Assembly: GCF_001194135.2 (NCBI RefSeq) | Contig: NC_068982.1 | Span: 49,891,940-49,955,939 of the forward strand | DNA length: 64,000 nucleotides | Direction of reading: 5' to 3' | Source of the DNA: Octopus bimaculoides | Lineage: Eukaryota | Part shown: positions 12,066 through 24,516 of the stretch, in pieces | Position numbering within the stretch: position 1 is the first letter of the stretch | How the letters are laid out: each line of letters starts with the position of its first letter | Notes under the pieces: generated by a model | Told to the model about the DNA's origin: nothing | The model's input: the letters and a program-made list of their open reading frames with translations, nothing else | Database searches by the model: none | Made by a program: the position numbers and the translations under genes

Positions 12066-13208
12066 TATTATTATCATTATTATTATTTTCTGTCTTTTTG
12101 TGTTTTACTGTGTATACTGTTCATGCACTTTTGGCTTTCATTACTGTCTTTCTTACTTGGCACATTGCTGCTTTCTGTCTCCTCTATGACCTTTTCCCAA
12201 CAAGTTCTAGTAAACCTAAAGTGTACCCACAATATGCTCATTATTCTAACTATTATATATTTCACCAGAGTTAACATTCTTCTTCTAGCAGCATAGCAAA
12301 ATATAATAGCTGAGAACTTAAAGTACTGGTTTCTAAACAGAAGGGTTATGAGGCCATACTCAACCTTTGGTACTGTACAATACTCTAAGTAAGGCTTTGA
12401 GGACCCCACTTTCTCCAGAGTGATGTATATTTTAAAACGTAATCTAACACAGAAATGTTGCCTTAAACACAATACAAATTAATGAGAAGTTTTGTACAGT
12501 ATGATGTTATACAGTGCAAAAACATCAGATCCAATCAGAAAGAGAAAAAAAATGAAAGAAAATAAAGGACTAATTGCAAGGTTTTAATTATTTTGAGAGC
12601 TTTACTTTTTACTAGGACTTTTAATTAATCACAGAAAAATTAAGGAAAATATCAAGATTACAATAAAAAATTAATTGCAACATAATTCGTTAATTGAGAA
12701 CTTTAGTAATTACCAACAATTATAATTAATCACAATATTGTCCCTATAAATGACAGTCCATTTCACAGAACCAGTAGAACAGTAATGATAACAGACATAC
12801 AAACTGTCCAGTAATCCTCTAATTGTAGTAACATCTTTTTTATTTCATTGCTGATGAATTTAACCCTCAAGTGATTTCCTATCAATGATACATTTAACCT
12901 TAAAGTTAACAGAGCATTTTAATCTTTTTCAAAGTAATTATTCTCCAACTGAGTACAAAGGTAGAATGGAGAAATTGGAATAATTCACAAGAGAATTTTC
13001 GAGCTAGAAGCATATTTTCTAATGAAATAGACTGTTCTTGTTATTCAGTTATTTTTTGAAAAATAATCAAGACTTTGGAAGGATTCATAAGGATAATGAT
13101 AATAAAAGAAATGATAATTAATGCTTTCCTTTATAAGTTGACCGTTGGAACATAACACACACACAAAAAAAAAAAGATTTTTACAGAAAATTATGATGGC
13201 AGGTTTAA

Positions 13209-13793
13209 CCCTTTAGCATTTAACTGGCTGTTGAACTGGATTGGATTGAATTGGATTACCCATGTTCAGTCCACTGCAGAACAAAGATCTCAGCATGTTC
13301 CTTCCACCAACCATGGTCGGATGTGGAGATCATACGGGTTCGATGAGCCTACTCTGTCACAATGGCACAACATGGCTTGGCAGAGGGGTGCAAATTTTAT
13401 ACCTCATACCCAGGAGTAAGTTAAGTCAATTGCATCAACTCTCTGTGCTCAACTGGTACTTATTTTAACAACCCCAAAAGGATGAAAGGCAAAGTTGACC
13501 TCAGCAGAATTTGAACTCACGTAAAGACAGACAAAATACCGCTAGGCATTTTACCCAGTGTGCTAATGATTCTGCCAACTTGTCACCAAGCAAGCCATAA
13601 TCAATCCAAATATTCTACTTGTTTTATGTTCAAACCAGCCAAATAACCTCTTGCCCCAACCTTACAATATCGTTCTGAAAATAAACAATCATATTATCAA
13701 AATCTTGAAACCATGAGATAACACACAACAAATTCAGAACAATGTGAATAAAGAACTATTACATTTGACAGAGCAGCCTGAATGCCAAAAGGG
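13209..13793. mobile_element. piggyBac-like MITE split by a LINE 3' tail and a SINE
   Basis: ttaa|ccctttagcatt ... aatgccaaaaggg|ttaa, with about 360 bp of inserted retroelement sequence. Confidence 0.7.
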
Positions 13794-14735
13794 TTAAGTA
13801 AATATATATGGAACACTTTTAATACAGGTTTCATATTAGTAAACTAGAGGTGAGTAATCTCCGGCTGATTAATTTCAAAAGATTGACATATCCGAGCATT
13901 CATGGCAAAAAGCTATGTTGTTCTATCTAAAATATAAAAAAAGAGTTAACAGTCTAAAATGTACTAGATTCAGCATATCAGAAGAAGTAGAGTCACATGC
14001 AGCCAGCAATAGAAGACAATCATTAGGACATTGCTTAATTCCTTTTTGTTGAACATCACTACATTGGGAGAACAATCAATATAATACACCACCACCACCG
14101 CCATGGGCTGGATGGTTCAACAGGAGCTGGCAAGCTAGAGAACTGTACCAAGTTCCAATGTCTGTTTTGGCATGGCTTCTACAACTGGATGCCCTTCCTA
14201 ATAACATCCACTTTACAAAGTGTACAGAGTGAGAAGACAAGATCCCTCAACAAATGTGGGTGTACTACTGGGGGGGGGTGACTTTATGCACATAAGAGGT
14301 TAAAACATGATAGAGTGAGAGAAACAGATGTTTTGCTGTAGAGGATAAAAAAGAATATTTCATTAGAAACATATAGGTATAGAGATGGCTATAGTTAGGA
14401 AGTCTACAACTGCATGGTTCTAGGTTCAATCCCATTGTACAGCACTTTGGGTAAATGCTTTCTACCACAGTCTTGGTTTGATCAATGCTTAGAAAATGAA
14501 ATTTGGTAAATGGAAACTGTCCTGAAGTTTATTTTGTGAGTGTGTATGGCAACTCGTATTTTAAGACATATAGCCTTGTGAGAAGAGTGTTGGGATCATG
14601 GTTCAATTCCTGAGCTAAGTGACGTGTTGTGCCTTTATGTCAGTCACATAATTTCACATTGCTCCAGTCTACCTAGCTTATAATGAAAATCAGTCAACTT
14701 CTGTTGCAGCTCTCTCTCTCTCTCTCTCTCTTTTT

Positions 14736-14773
<38 letters not shown>

Positions 14774-15690
14774 CCTCTCTCTCTCCAACTTGTCACATTG
14801 TCCAATGTTCTGTTTGTTAAAGGGTAGAAGGGCCAAAAGTTCTTCCTATGTCTGTTCATGAGGACGTAGCACCAAAAACAATTAGTAAAAGCATGGAGCA
14901 AGGCACAGGCCATACTTTTTGTGAGAGATAGGCTAAGCAGAATGTGTGTGCATTTTTGTGTGCAAGTGTATGCTTATGTGCATATATGTTTGTGTGCATG
15001 TGTTGATATATCCATGCTCTGAATAAAGCTATCTTGTGGTATTATTCTATCTAACTAGCATCTATTTACGTCAAGGTAGACTTAGTAAATTAATAGAGAT
15101 CAATAAAATAGCACTCAGAGAAAAAAAGAACTGCTCAATATAATCAATTAAAACCTTTGAAGGCAGTGCTCCAGCATGGGCACAGTAAAAAAAAAAGTGC
15201 AAAAATAATAAGATATTCAGTCATATGATTTGGGATTTAAAGAAATATTATCTTTTTTTATTTTTAACCTGTTTCAGTCATTAGATTGCAGACATGCTGG
15301 GGCACCAACTTGAAGGGTTTTGAGTCAAACAATTTGACCTCAGTATTTATTTTTTAGTTTGATATTTTATTCTATCTCATTTGCCCAACTGCTAAGTCCA
15401 CAGGCCAGTAAACAAACAAACATCAGTTGAAAAGGTGTGGGTAAACAAATACAAACACAAACACACATATATGTACATGACAAGCTTCCATGCAATTTCC
15501 CCTCAGCAAAATTCACTCACAAGGCATAGGTTGGCCTGGGGCTATAGAAGACACTTACCCAAGGTACCAGGCATGACAACTAAACCTGAAACCACATGGC
15601 AGCATAGTGAGCTCCTCAACCACACAGCCATGCCTTGAAAATGTAACCCATCTCAAACCGTCTCAGATTACATGATACAAAAACCACAAA

Positions 15691-16199
15691 CAAAGGGGTA
15701 CAGAAAAGTTCCGGGCTTAGGGTACAAGAAAATACAGGATGATCAGATAATTATGATTTTATTCCCTTCTCAGATTCACACATTTATTGCAGCAGCCCTT
15801 CAGTTTTTCTAAGCCCCATAAAAGAACTCGGAAGTTGGGCCTCCAACCAAGCCTTTCATGATACCCTTCAAGCCAGAAACTTTTGAGCACCTCCTCATAT
15901 ATATACATATATATATAAACAAGGGGTTGCTGAAAAGTTCTTGGCTTTGGGTAAAAGAAAATACAGGAGGATCAGTTGATTATGATTTTATTCAACATAT
16001 TACCCCTCTCAGATACACACACTTATTGCAGTGATCCTTCAGTTTTTCTAAGCTCTGTAAAAGAACACTGAAAGTTGGGCTTCCAACTAGGCCTTTCAGA
16101 ATACCCTGGAACTTTTCAGCACCCTTTCATATACATATATATGTATATGAGATGGTGCTTTTTGCAATATCCTTAAAGTCAGGAACTTTTCAGCACCCA
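15691..16199. mobile_element. Tandem cluster of about 205-bp mariner-like MITEs (15691-15897, 15920-16129, partial 16149-16199)
   Basis: TIRs aagggg(t)tgctgaaaagtt / aacttttcagcaccc(c)t; copies are separated by TA runs and share internal sequence. Confidence 0.75.
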
Positions 16200-16852
16200 C
16201 TAATATTATATTATGTTCATATTCAAATTAAATTTGTCCATCACAATTTTATGTTAAAAACATTTTTGTTATTTTCCAATACCTGTTAATAAATGAAAAA
16301 AAGTCAGTTGCTTTCCTAAATCCTTCCAAATCACTATTTTCAATATTGATCAAAATACACATTCAGAGTGTATTTTATCTGAAATGTGGTAAAGAAAGAG
16401 TTAAAAAATTATCTACACTTTCACTTCAATGGCTGCAGATAAATCAGCGTATTCATCTACAAAACCACTACTTTAAAGAATTCATATAAAATATCCAGAT
16501 TTTGCAGAATTATCTTAATCGTGTTTCGCGACAAAAAAACAATAAGAAAAAAAATCGTGGTCATCATCATCATCAGTGTCCACTATTCCATGATTGCATG
16601 GGTTGGATGGAAAATGTTGAGGTGGATTTTCTACAACCTGATGCACTTCCTCTTGGCAACCCTCACCTCTTTCCAAGCAATGTAATATTTCTCGGAGACC
16701 AGACATGTTTTTACAGAAGTTTGGAAATAAAGGATACCACTTGCATAACAATGACCCTCATTTACAACTATCACATGATGTCAAGACATAGAGACAGTAA
16801 CACACACACACCTATCTATCTATCTATATCATATATATGTAATAATAATAAT

Positions 16853-17420
16853 AGGGATAAAATCCAAAATTACAGGTAAAAACTCAATTAAAATCAATTC
16901 AATAAAAATTAAAATAAGTTTCACGGTATAAAATGTATATAAATATATAGTTTTAGGGAAAAGAACCAAGGTTCATGAACTCATCGATGAAAATCCAAAG
17001 TCACATATAGAAAAATTAATAATTAAAAGCACAATAAATAAGTATAATATAATACAANNNNNNNNNNTAGAAAAATTAATAATTAAAAGCACAATAAATA
17101 AGTATAATATAATACAAAGTAAATATCATAAGATAAAGATAATAAAATGACTACACGTGTTTCATAACCAATTTTCAAATAGAAAGAAAATTCAAATCAA
17201 TTAAAATCGATAAAAAATATCAAAAATCAATTCTATTCAAAAATATAGCTAATCTTCAGGTCAAAATACAACAATAATAATAATAAATGAATGTATATAT
17301 CAACCAACAATAAATAACAAATGAATGTGTATAAAATACTTATTATATAAAGAAAGAAAAATATTATTAAAAATATCAAAATAATAAACATTCCATAATC
17401 AACCCTACATCCATTATAAT
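16853..17420 (-). mobile_element. Probable Penelope-like element terminal repeat (non-coding remnant) carrying the hammerhead
   Basis: T-rich tract followed by a hammerhead motif, bounded by microsatellites. Assignment is inferred from the known PLE-hammerhead association; boundaries are approximate. Confidence 0.45.
17148..17263 (-). ncRNA. Type I minimal hammerhead ribozyme motif (PLE-type), sense to the KATNIP intron
   Basis: Minus strand reads UGAC-CUGAAGA-U-[UAGCUA u AUUUUUGAAUAGAA ... UUCUAUUUGAAAAU UGGUUA]-U-GAAAC-ACGU-GUA^GUCA. Core is complete, stem I is 4 bp, stem II about 20 bp, stem III is the palindrome ACACGUGU. Confidence 0.65.
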
Positions 17421-19505
17421 ATATATACACACAGAGGTTTCTGTAAGTTTCTGTCTACCAAACCCACTTACAAAGCTTTAGTTGGCCTGGAGATATAACA
17501 GAAAACACTTGCCCAAAGTGCCCTGCAGTGGGACTGAACCTAAAACCATATATTGAAGAAGAAAACTTCATACCACACAGCAATGCCTGTATCAACTGCC
17601 AAATCTGCCTCTACAAATGCCAAAACAAACTCACAATATCATAATTGGAATATAGTATTTGTTTTTGGATTTGCACTTAACTAATAAAGGATTATTTAAT
17701 CTGAGACTGTTGCAACTGAAGAATTACATAACTGAATAATCAGTTTAGCTTCCTAGAAATAAAAAGAAAATCACACTTAAATTCACTTTTCATCTATGAT
17801 TTGGCTACTGAGGGCAATCAGGTCAGAGAGGTGTGAGGAAAATAGATGTTAGCTGTTTAGCATTCAGGTTACTCTGTCAAGTGCAATTGCTTATTTATCC
17901 ACATGGTTTTAAATTATTAGGCATTATCTTCTTGCTTTCAGATTTCAATGATGTGATTATTTAACTTTAGAACAACATTGTAAGGTAGGGGAGAGGCAGA
18001 ATATGGCTGGTTTGGACATAAAACAGGTAGAATATTTGGGCTGGGTATGGCTGGTTTAAACCTTTTAGCATTCCCATTATTCTGTCAAAAGTAATGTTTA
18101 TTTCAGCGTATTGTTTTGAATTAATCATGCATTTTCTTGTAGCTATGAGATTTTGATGATGTGATTGTTAATTTTTGAGAATGACATTGTAGGGCAGGTG
18201 TGAGAAACCACACCTGGCCAGTTTGAACATAAAACAAGTAAGATATTTTGGCCGGATATGGCCAGCTTAAATGCTAAAGAGTTAAATACTAAACGGTTAA
18301 ATCAATATCTTTAGCAGATTTTGTGGGTTTCTAGATGAATCTATTTCATTTTTTTCAATTCGCTACATTGGTTGAATATTGTTATTTTTATTCTTCCTTT
18401 GTTTTTTGTTTTTTTCATCCTTTAACGTGCCTAAACTAGAAGAGTTACTTGTTATATTTTATTTATAGTATAAGAAATCAATCTTTGGCTTGAAAAAGCC
18501 TGATTAAACAAATTCAAAGAGGTTAAAAAAAAAAATCAAAGTATTTAGATTTATAAAGCAGTATAGCACTTTACTGAAATCAATAAATATTGATACCATT
18601 TGAGAAAGCTAGCAATAACTTTTGACAAGGTTTGAGGTCAATATTTTCGATTAGAATAATATTTGCTTGTTTATTCATTTTTACATTAGTTTTTCCATGG
18701 TAGCATGGGTTAGACAAATATATTATTGAAGCTTTAACAGCCAAATACCCTTCCTGTTGCTAACCCTTACCTTTCTTTTTCTCAAGTAAGGGAACTCTTA
18801 TTCCACACAGCTTTGAAAGCACAATGCTAATGGATGATTTGTCATCAGGGGAAATGACAACAACATCACCGTTTGTAGAACACTGATTTTTAAAGAAATA
18901 TCAACACTCACAAAACGATTTGCGTGCGTGCATGTGTGTGTGTGAAATTTCTTTCCTGAGGCTATGAAAAACATACACTTTCTGAAGGTGGCATGCAGTA
19001 GGACTGAACTCAAAGTTACATGTTCAGGAGGTATGCACCTTGGGCAAGTGTCTTCTGGTTCAGTCCCAGAAGAGTTTTCTACACTAGCCCCAAGCCAACC
19101 AATGCTGTGAAAGTGAATTAAGTAGACAGAAATTGTGAGCTCATCATATATATATGTGCAATTATAAACATATATATATATTTACACATATATACATATA
19201 AAGATATACAGATAAATAGATAGATGTGTTTCTGTGTCTTTATGCTTGCCCCCCCGCCCCCACCACCACCACACCACATGCCAACCAGTGTTGGTTTGTT
19301 TACATTTGGTAGTTCAACAAAAGAGACCAATAAAATTAGTGTCAGGCGTAAGATTAAGTATTAAGGTCAATTTGTTTGACTAAACCCTTTAGGGTGGTGC
19401 CTCAGCATAGCTACAGTTCAATGAATGAAATATATAAAACAAAATGATAAATTGCAAAAATAAGTACAACAAAAACAAAACAAAAATATGTATTAAACAG
19501 CATAC

Positions 19506-19587
19506 TTCTTTCCAGTAATTCTGGTTGCATCAGATACTGTATCAAGGTTGGCTGTGTTTCGATGAGTTCGGGGTGACACTGGTACAC
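19506..19587 (-). CDS. KATNIP: KATNIP exon (82 nt): (G)VPVSPRTHRNTANLDTVSDATRITGK(K)
   Basis: Acceptor ttttatcgtttaag|, donor gaa|gtatgc. Phase 1 to 2 is exactly what is needed to bridge the 35555 and 2415 exons. Confidence 0.75.
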
Positions 19588-19892
19588 CTTAAACGATAAA
19601 ATATTACCAAATTCAAACAAAAATTTTAAAAACAACAACAATAATAATAATAATTATGATTTCAAATTTTTGCCATAGGGGCAGCTTGTGGGAGGAGATT
19701 AAGTTGATTACATCGACCCCAATGTTTCACTGGTACTTAATTTATCAACCCCAAAAGGATGAAAGGCAAGGTTGACCTTGGCGAAGTTTGAACTCAGAGA
19801 TTAGCGACGGGCGAAATACCGCTAAGTATTTTGTCCACCATGCTAAGAATTCTGCTAGCTCACTGCAACAACAATAAAAATAATGATGATGA

Positions 19893-19926
<34 letters not shown>

Positions 19927-19934
19927 GGTGGTGG

Positions 19935-19977
<43 letters not shown>

Positions 19978-20329
19978 AATAATAATAAGGAAGGAAGGAA
20001 GGAAGGCAAAAAATAGACATATACAATCCTCTTAAGTACCAGATACCCTGACTATGGAAAACAAAGAAGAGGAAGATAAAGCCAATTGCTGTTGGGTCCT
20101 CATCATTTAATGTCTGTTTGTCTATATTGGCATGTGATGATGGTTTCATAGGATCTGGTGTACAACAGAGCTGCATTATGCTCTATGTCAGCTTGGACAT
20201 GGTTTCTACAGCTGTATGCCCTCCCTGATGCCAGCTGCTTCACAGTGTGCACTGGGTGCTTTTTTCTTTGCCACCAGCACTAGTGGGTTTGCCAAGTAAC
20301 TTGGCAATATTTGGATGAAGATATGGGGC

Positions 20330-23300
20330 CAACCGATGTTCATTTATCTCCTGGTGAGAATCATGATCATGGTCCCCAACACACAGAAATGTAAAGGGAA
20401 CAGGCCCAACTTATGGGTAGTAAGAGCTCTGCAATCTTGGATGACAACCTTACTAGAGATGGTGTCTCAATAAAAATACCGGTTGGTGATTAACCTTAAA
20501 ACACAAACCTCAAAGTTGAGTGAAAATGTCTAAAACAAATGTATCGAGTAATGGTGTTAATGAGGCTGGAACAAAAGGTGAAAGCCTTTCACCTGGCAAG
20601 TTTCCTGTGGTTGAGCAGTGTAGGCTCAGTCATCATTCAGAGACTGCTTATACACAAAGTCAGAGGCAAAGAAGGTAAGATAAGGAAGCAAACCAAATGG
20701 TAATTGAATGCTGGATCAGGAGTGAACCCAGTAGAAAAGGACTTCGATAATGAATGAAAGCAAAATGGAATGAAATAGGACTCTTCAAAATAAGTGAGTA
20801 ACAGTTAGCCAACCAGGCAAGAGAAGTAAGAGCAAAAGGGTAGTTAACAGACATGAAAATTGAAGAGATAAAAAAAGAAATTAGAAAATAGAAATAATAC
20901 TTTGCCAACAAATAACGTATCCAGCGAGGACAGAGAAATGAATGGCAGGAGTGAAGATGTAGAGCAAAGTGTAAATGTAAATGCATTCTAAGCAAATGAG
21001 GCAGAAGTAATGGGAAGAGTTTCATCACAAGATGACCAACAAGACATAGTGAGGATGCTGTGCCAATATATTAGAGAAGACCAGGATCAAGCACCCACCA
21101 ATCTGAAGTACATTGATCAACGCAAGCTCAAAGTTGAAATAGAAAAGATAGATTCAGTCCTTGAGCTATTCCAGGCGTGAATTATAACTGAAACTAACAA
21201 AATTATTTGGGCTGCAGTATGGCATAGGTTGCTGTAGATAGAGTTGGATATAAAAGAAGAGAACAAACAGAATGTAAAGAACCATACTGGTATATATTTG
21301 TGAGAAACAAAGTTAAAAAGACATTTAGGACAAGTTGATTGATTGAGTAGAGGGGAATTGGAGAATGAAAGCATAAGAATAATGCTGGAAAGAACATATA
21401 GAATAAGAGATAAAGGTAGTAGCAATCAAAGCAAATCTGAAAAGATATGACAATCAAACAAAACAATTCAGGCAAAACAGATTGTTTGAAGCAAATCAGA
21501 AGAAAATGTTTCAGGAACTAGATGGGCAATTACACGCAACAATGATATCAGATGCAGAGGAAAGCAGAGCATTCTGGAGAGGGATCTGGGACCAAGCTGT
21601 AGAGCATAATGATAAAGTGGAGTGGCTGCATGAAATCCAAGATAGGTTAAGAAATATAGAAGGTCAAGAAGATATAAAAATAACTCAGAAATGATAAGAA
21701 AGCAGTTTAAAAAATTCCCAAATTGGAAGAGCCCAGGGTTGGATGAAGTCCAAGGTTATTGGATGAAGAAGCTGAGAGGGCTCCATGAAAGGATAGCAAA
21801 ACAGCTAACTGAGTTCTTGCAGAAGGCACAGTACCCAGCTAGATGAGAAATGGAAAGATATTGCTATGTACCAAGGATACTGAAAAGAGAAATGTGGCAT
21901 CTAACTTTCAACCAATAACATGTCTTCTGCTAATGTGGAAACTAATGTCAGGTGCTTTGGCAGGTGAACTGTATAAATACTTAGAAAAAAGTGGGCTACT
22001 ACCTACTGAAGAGAAAGGGTGCCAAAAGAGGAGCCAGGGAACAAAATATCAGCTCTTAATCGATAATCTAATTATCAGAAACTGCAAGAGAAGACACACA
22101 AATCCGAGCATGGCATAGGTTGACTATTGAAAAGCATATGATATGATAACTCATTTCTGGATAATAAGAACAATGAAAGTGTATGGAGTAGCAGAAAACA
22201 TGAGAAGTCTTATATGGAACAGTATGAAATGGTGGAGAACGGAATTGATAGTAGGGAATCAAGTATTAGGAGAGGCGAAAATCAAGAGAAGAATCTTCCA
22301 AGGGGACAGTGTGTCCCCACTGATCTTTGTGCTGGGAACGATCCCCTTGAGTGGAATACTACAAAAAACAAAGTTGGGAAGAGGTAAGGGTAAACTGAAC
22401 CATTTGCTATTCAAAGACAACTTGAAGTTATTCACAAAAGAGGTAAAACTGGACAGCGTCGTCCAGTCTGTGTGAATTTTCTTCAATTAAGATGGAGTTT
22501 GGGCTCTCAAACTGTGCTGCAATGGGGATGAGATGAGGAAAGCTTGTCAGGACAGAAGGCATAGGGTTACCAAGTGGTGAAATGATGAAGGCAATTCAAC
22601 CTCAATCCAGCTATAAATACCTGGGAATACTTGAGGCAGATGGAATTAAACACGACGACATGAAGGAAAGAGAAAAAGAGAATACCTGTGGCAAGTGAGA
22701 AAGATACTAGCTTCAAAGCTGAATGCCAAAAACATAATTTTGGCAATAAACTTGTGCGCAGTTTCAGTAATTCAGTATGGTGCTGGACTCCTGAAGTGGA
22801 CAGAAGAGCTGAAGGAGATGGACAGAAAGTCAAGAAAGCTCCAAACAATACATAGAGCCCATCGTCCACATGCAGACACTGATTGCCTATACATGAAGAA
22901 AACAAATGGAGGAAGAGGACTGATAACTGTGGAAGACTGTGTACATATTGAACTCAAGAGCTTAACTAGATACCTAGCCCAAAGTAAGGAAGCCTTGCTA
23001 GTGTCAGTTAGGAAAAAAAAGGAAAAACAAAGGAAGTACAAAAAGGACATGAAGAATTATGCAACAAGGGACTACACAATCAATTCCATGTAGCCACAAC
23101 AGAAGTTGTTGGAAAAAATAGGTGGGAGTGGCTGAAGAAAGGAACACTAAAAAAAACAAACGAGAACACGATACTGGCAGCGCAAAACCAAGCTCTGGCC
23201 ACAAACTGGATGGTCAACCTTTGGAATGAGCAAATGTTTCTACTGTGCCACATCTGTAATAGAATGAGTGGATGAAACTATTGGCCATATCACAAACAAA

Positions 23301-23925
23301 TGCCCTAGACTTGCCCAAAACCACTACAAGATGTGGCGACACAATCAGGTAGTGAAAGTGCTACACTGGAACCGGTGCAAAAAGTGGGGGGTGGCTAGAG
23401 AGAAGCAAGATGTGGTATGAGAACAAACCACAGAGAGTGGTGGAGTTGGAGACAAGCAAAATCCTCTAGGATTTCTCAATCCAGACAGATCAGGTGCTAG
23501 AGCATAACAGACCAGACTTAGTGGTGATCAACAAAATGCACCACTTATGCTATATAGTTGATGTTGCATGCCCCCTTTCACCCATGAATAGTCAAGAAGG
23601 AAGGCAAAAAAATATATAAATACAACCCTCTTAAGTATGAAATAGCCCAGCTATGGAAAATGAAGTAGGTGAAGATGGTGCAAATTAATGTTGGGTTCTT
23701 GGGGATAGTATCAGAAAGCATCAAGAGGAATTTAAAGGAAATTCTAATAGAGTGCCCAGTAGAACTGTTACAAAAGGTTTGCCTCCTTGGTATGGCCAAA
23801 ATAATCAGGAAAGTATTAGATAGCTGAAAAGAACAGATAGCAAGGTACCATAGGCTGCAGGTAGCAAGCCCACTATGCATACAAGACTCCAGGAGTTCGA
23901 ACAAAACCTGTGATAATAAGAAATA
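20330..23925 (+). mobile_element. Near full-length, degenerate R4/Dong-type non-LTR retrotransposon (RT plus RLE endonuclease)
   Basis: Remnant ORF from ATG 20526 to about 23827: MVIECWIRSEP..QLANQAR, then RT motifs PITCL, KAYD, IFQGDSVSPL and HLLFKDNLKL, then a CCHC remnant and RLE WDF.IQTD..RPD..DVACP. Ends in a (TAA)n tail; many stops and frameshifts. Confidence 0.9.
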
Positions 23926-24179
23926 ATAATAATACTAACAATAATGATTCTTCGCACTTTAAGCACAAAGCCCGATATCTTGGGGGAGTGGGCTAGTCAA
24001 TTACATTGACCCCAGTGCTTTACATATGTTATTGACCCTAAAAATCTGAAAGGTACAGTCAACCTTGGTGGAATTTGAACTCAGAATGTAAAACTAGAAG
24101 AAATGCGACTAAGCATTTTGCCGCCATACTAACGTTTCTGCCAACTCAAATTTTCAACAAAAATTAATAAAACTTTAAT

Positions 24180-24516
24180 AACAAGAGCACTCAGAGAGCG
24201 CAAACCTCCGCCAAGGCAACACCAATGTCCTCTCAACGTTTAGCCGGAGATAATTTTTAATATGAGAATATCTGAAATAAACTTGACTGCTCTCACAAAA
24301 AAGAATACTAAAAATGAATGCGACCGCTTTCAAAAATTAAGTAAAAAAAAATAGGAAAAATAATCCAGAATTCTTGTCCAGTACTAGATCAATCCCAAAA
24401 TCTAATCAGTTCATGCTAGTCATGAGACCAAACATCCCTGCAAGTTTCATCTGAATCCATCTTGAGATATCTTGACCACGGACAAGCAAACAAACAAACT
24501 TGACAGAAAATAATAC
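24180..24516 (+). mobile_element. Helentron/DINE-1-like non-autonomous element (copy 1, 3' hairpin missing)
   Basis: Starts acaagagcactcagagagcgcaaacctccgccaagg; homologous along its length to 49672-50036. Confidence 0.5.

Noticed and set aside
12083-12472. 129-aa minus-strand ORF next to the (ATT)n array
   Set aside because: No domain recognised; probably a degraded retroelement piece, but not assignable.
12801-12898. Exon-like segment (taag|...|gtatgt, 98 nt, one open frame)
   Set aside because: Its length breaks the frame between exons 19506 and 2415, and it has no KATNIP-like features.
17020-17116. Direct repeat of about 40 bp on either side of the 10-N gap
   Set aside because: An exact duplication across a gap is most simply an unmerged contig overlap. 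It cannot be used as evidence of a tandem pLTR without reads.
20324-20525. HDV-like ribozyme in the Dong 5' leader (GGGGCCA/UGGUCCC 7-bp helix)
   Set aside because: No P3 directly abutting P1, no GG for P1.1 and no P2/J4-2 could be assembled by eye.
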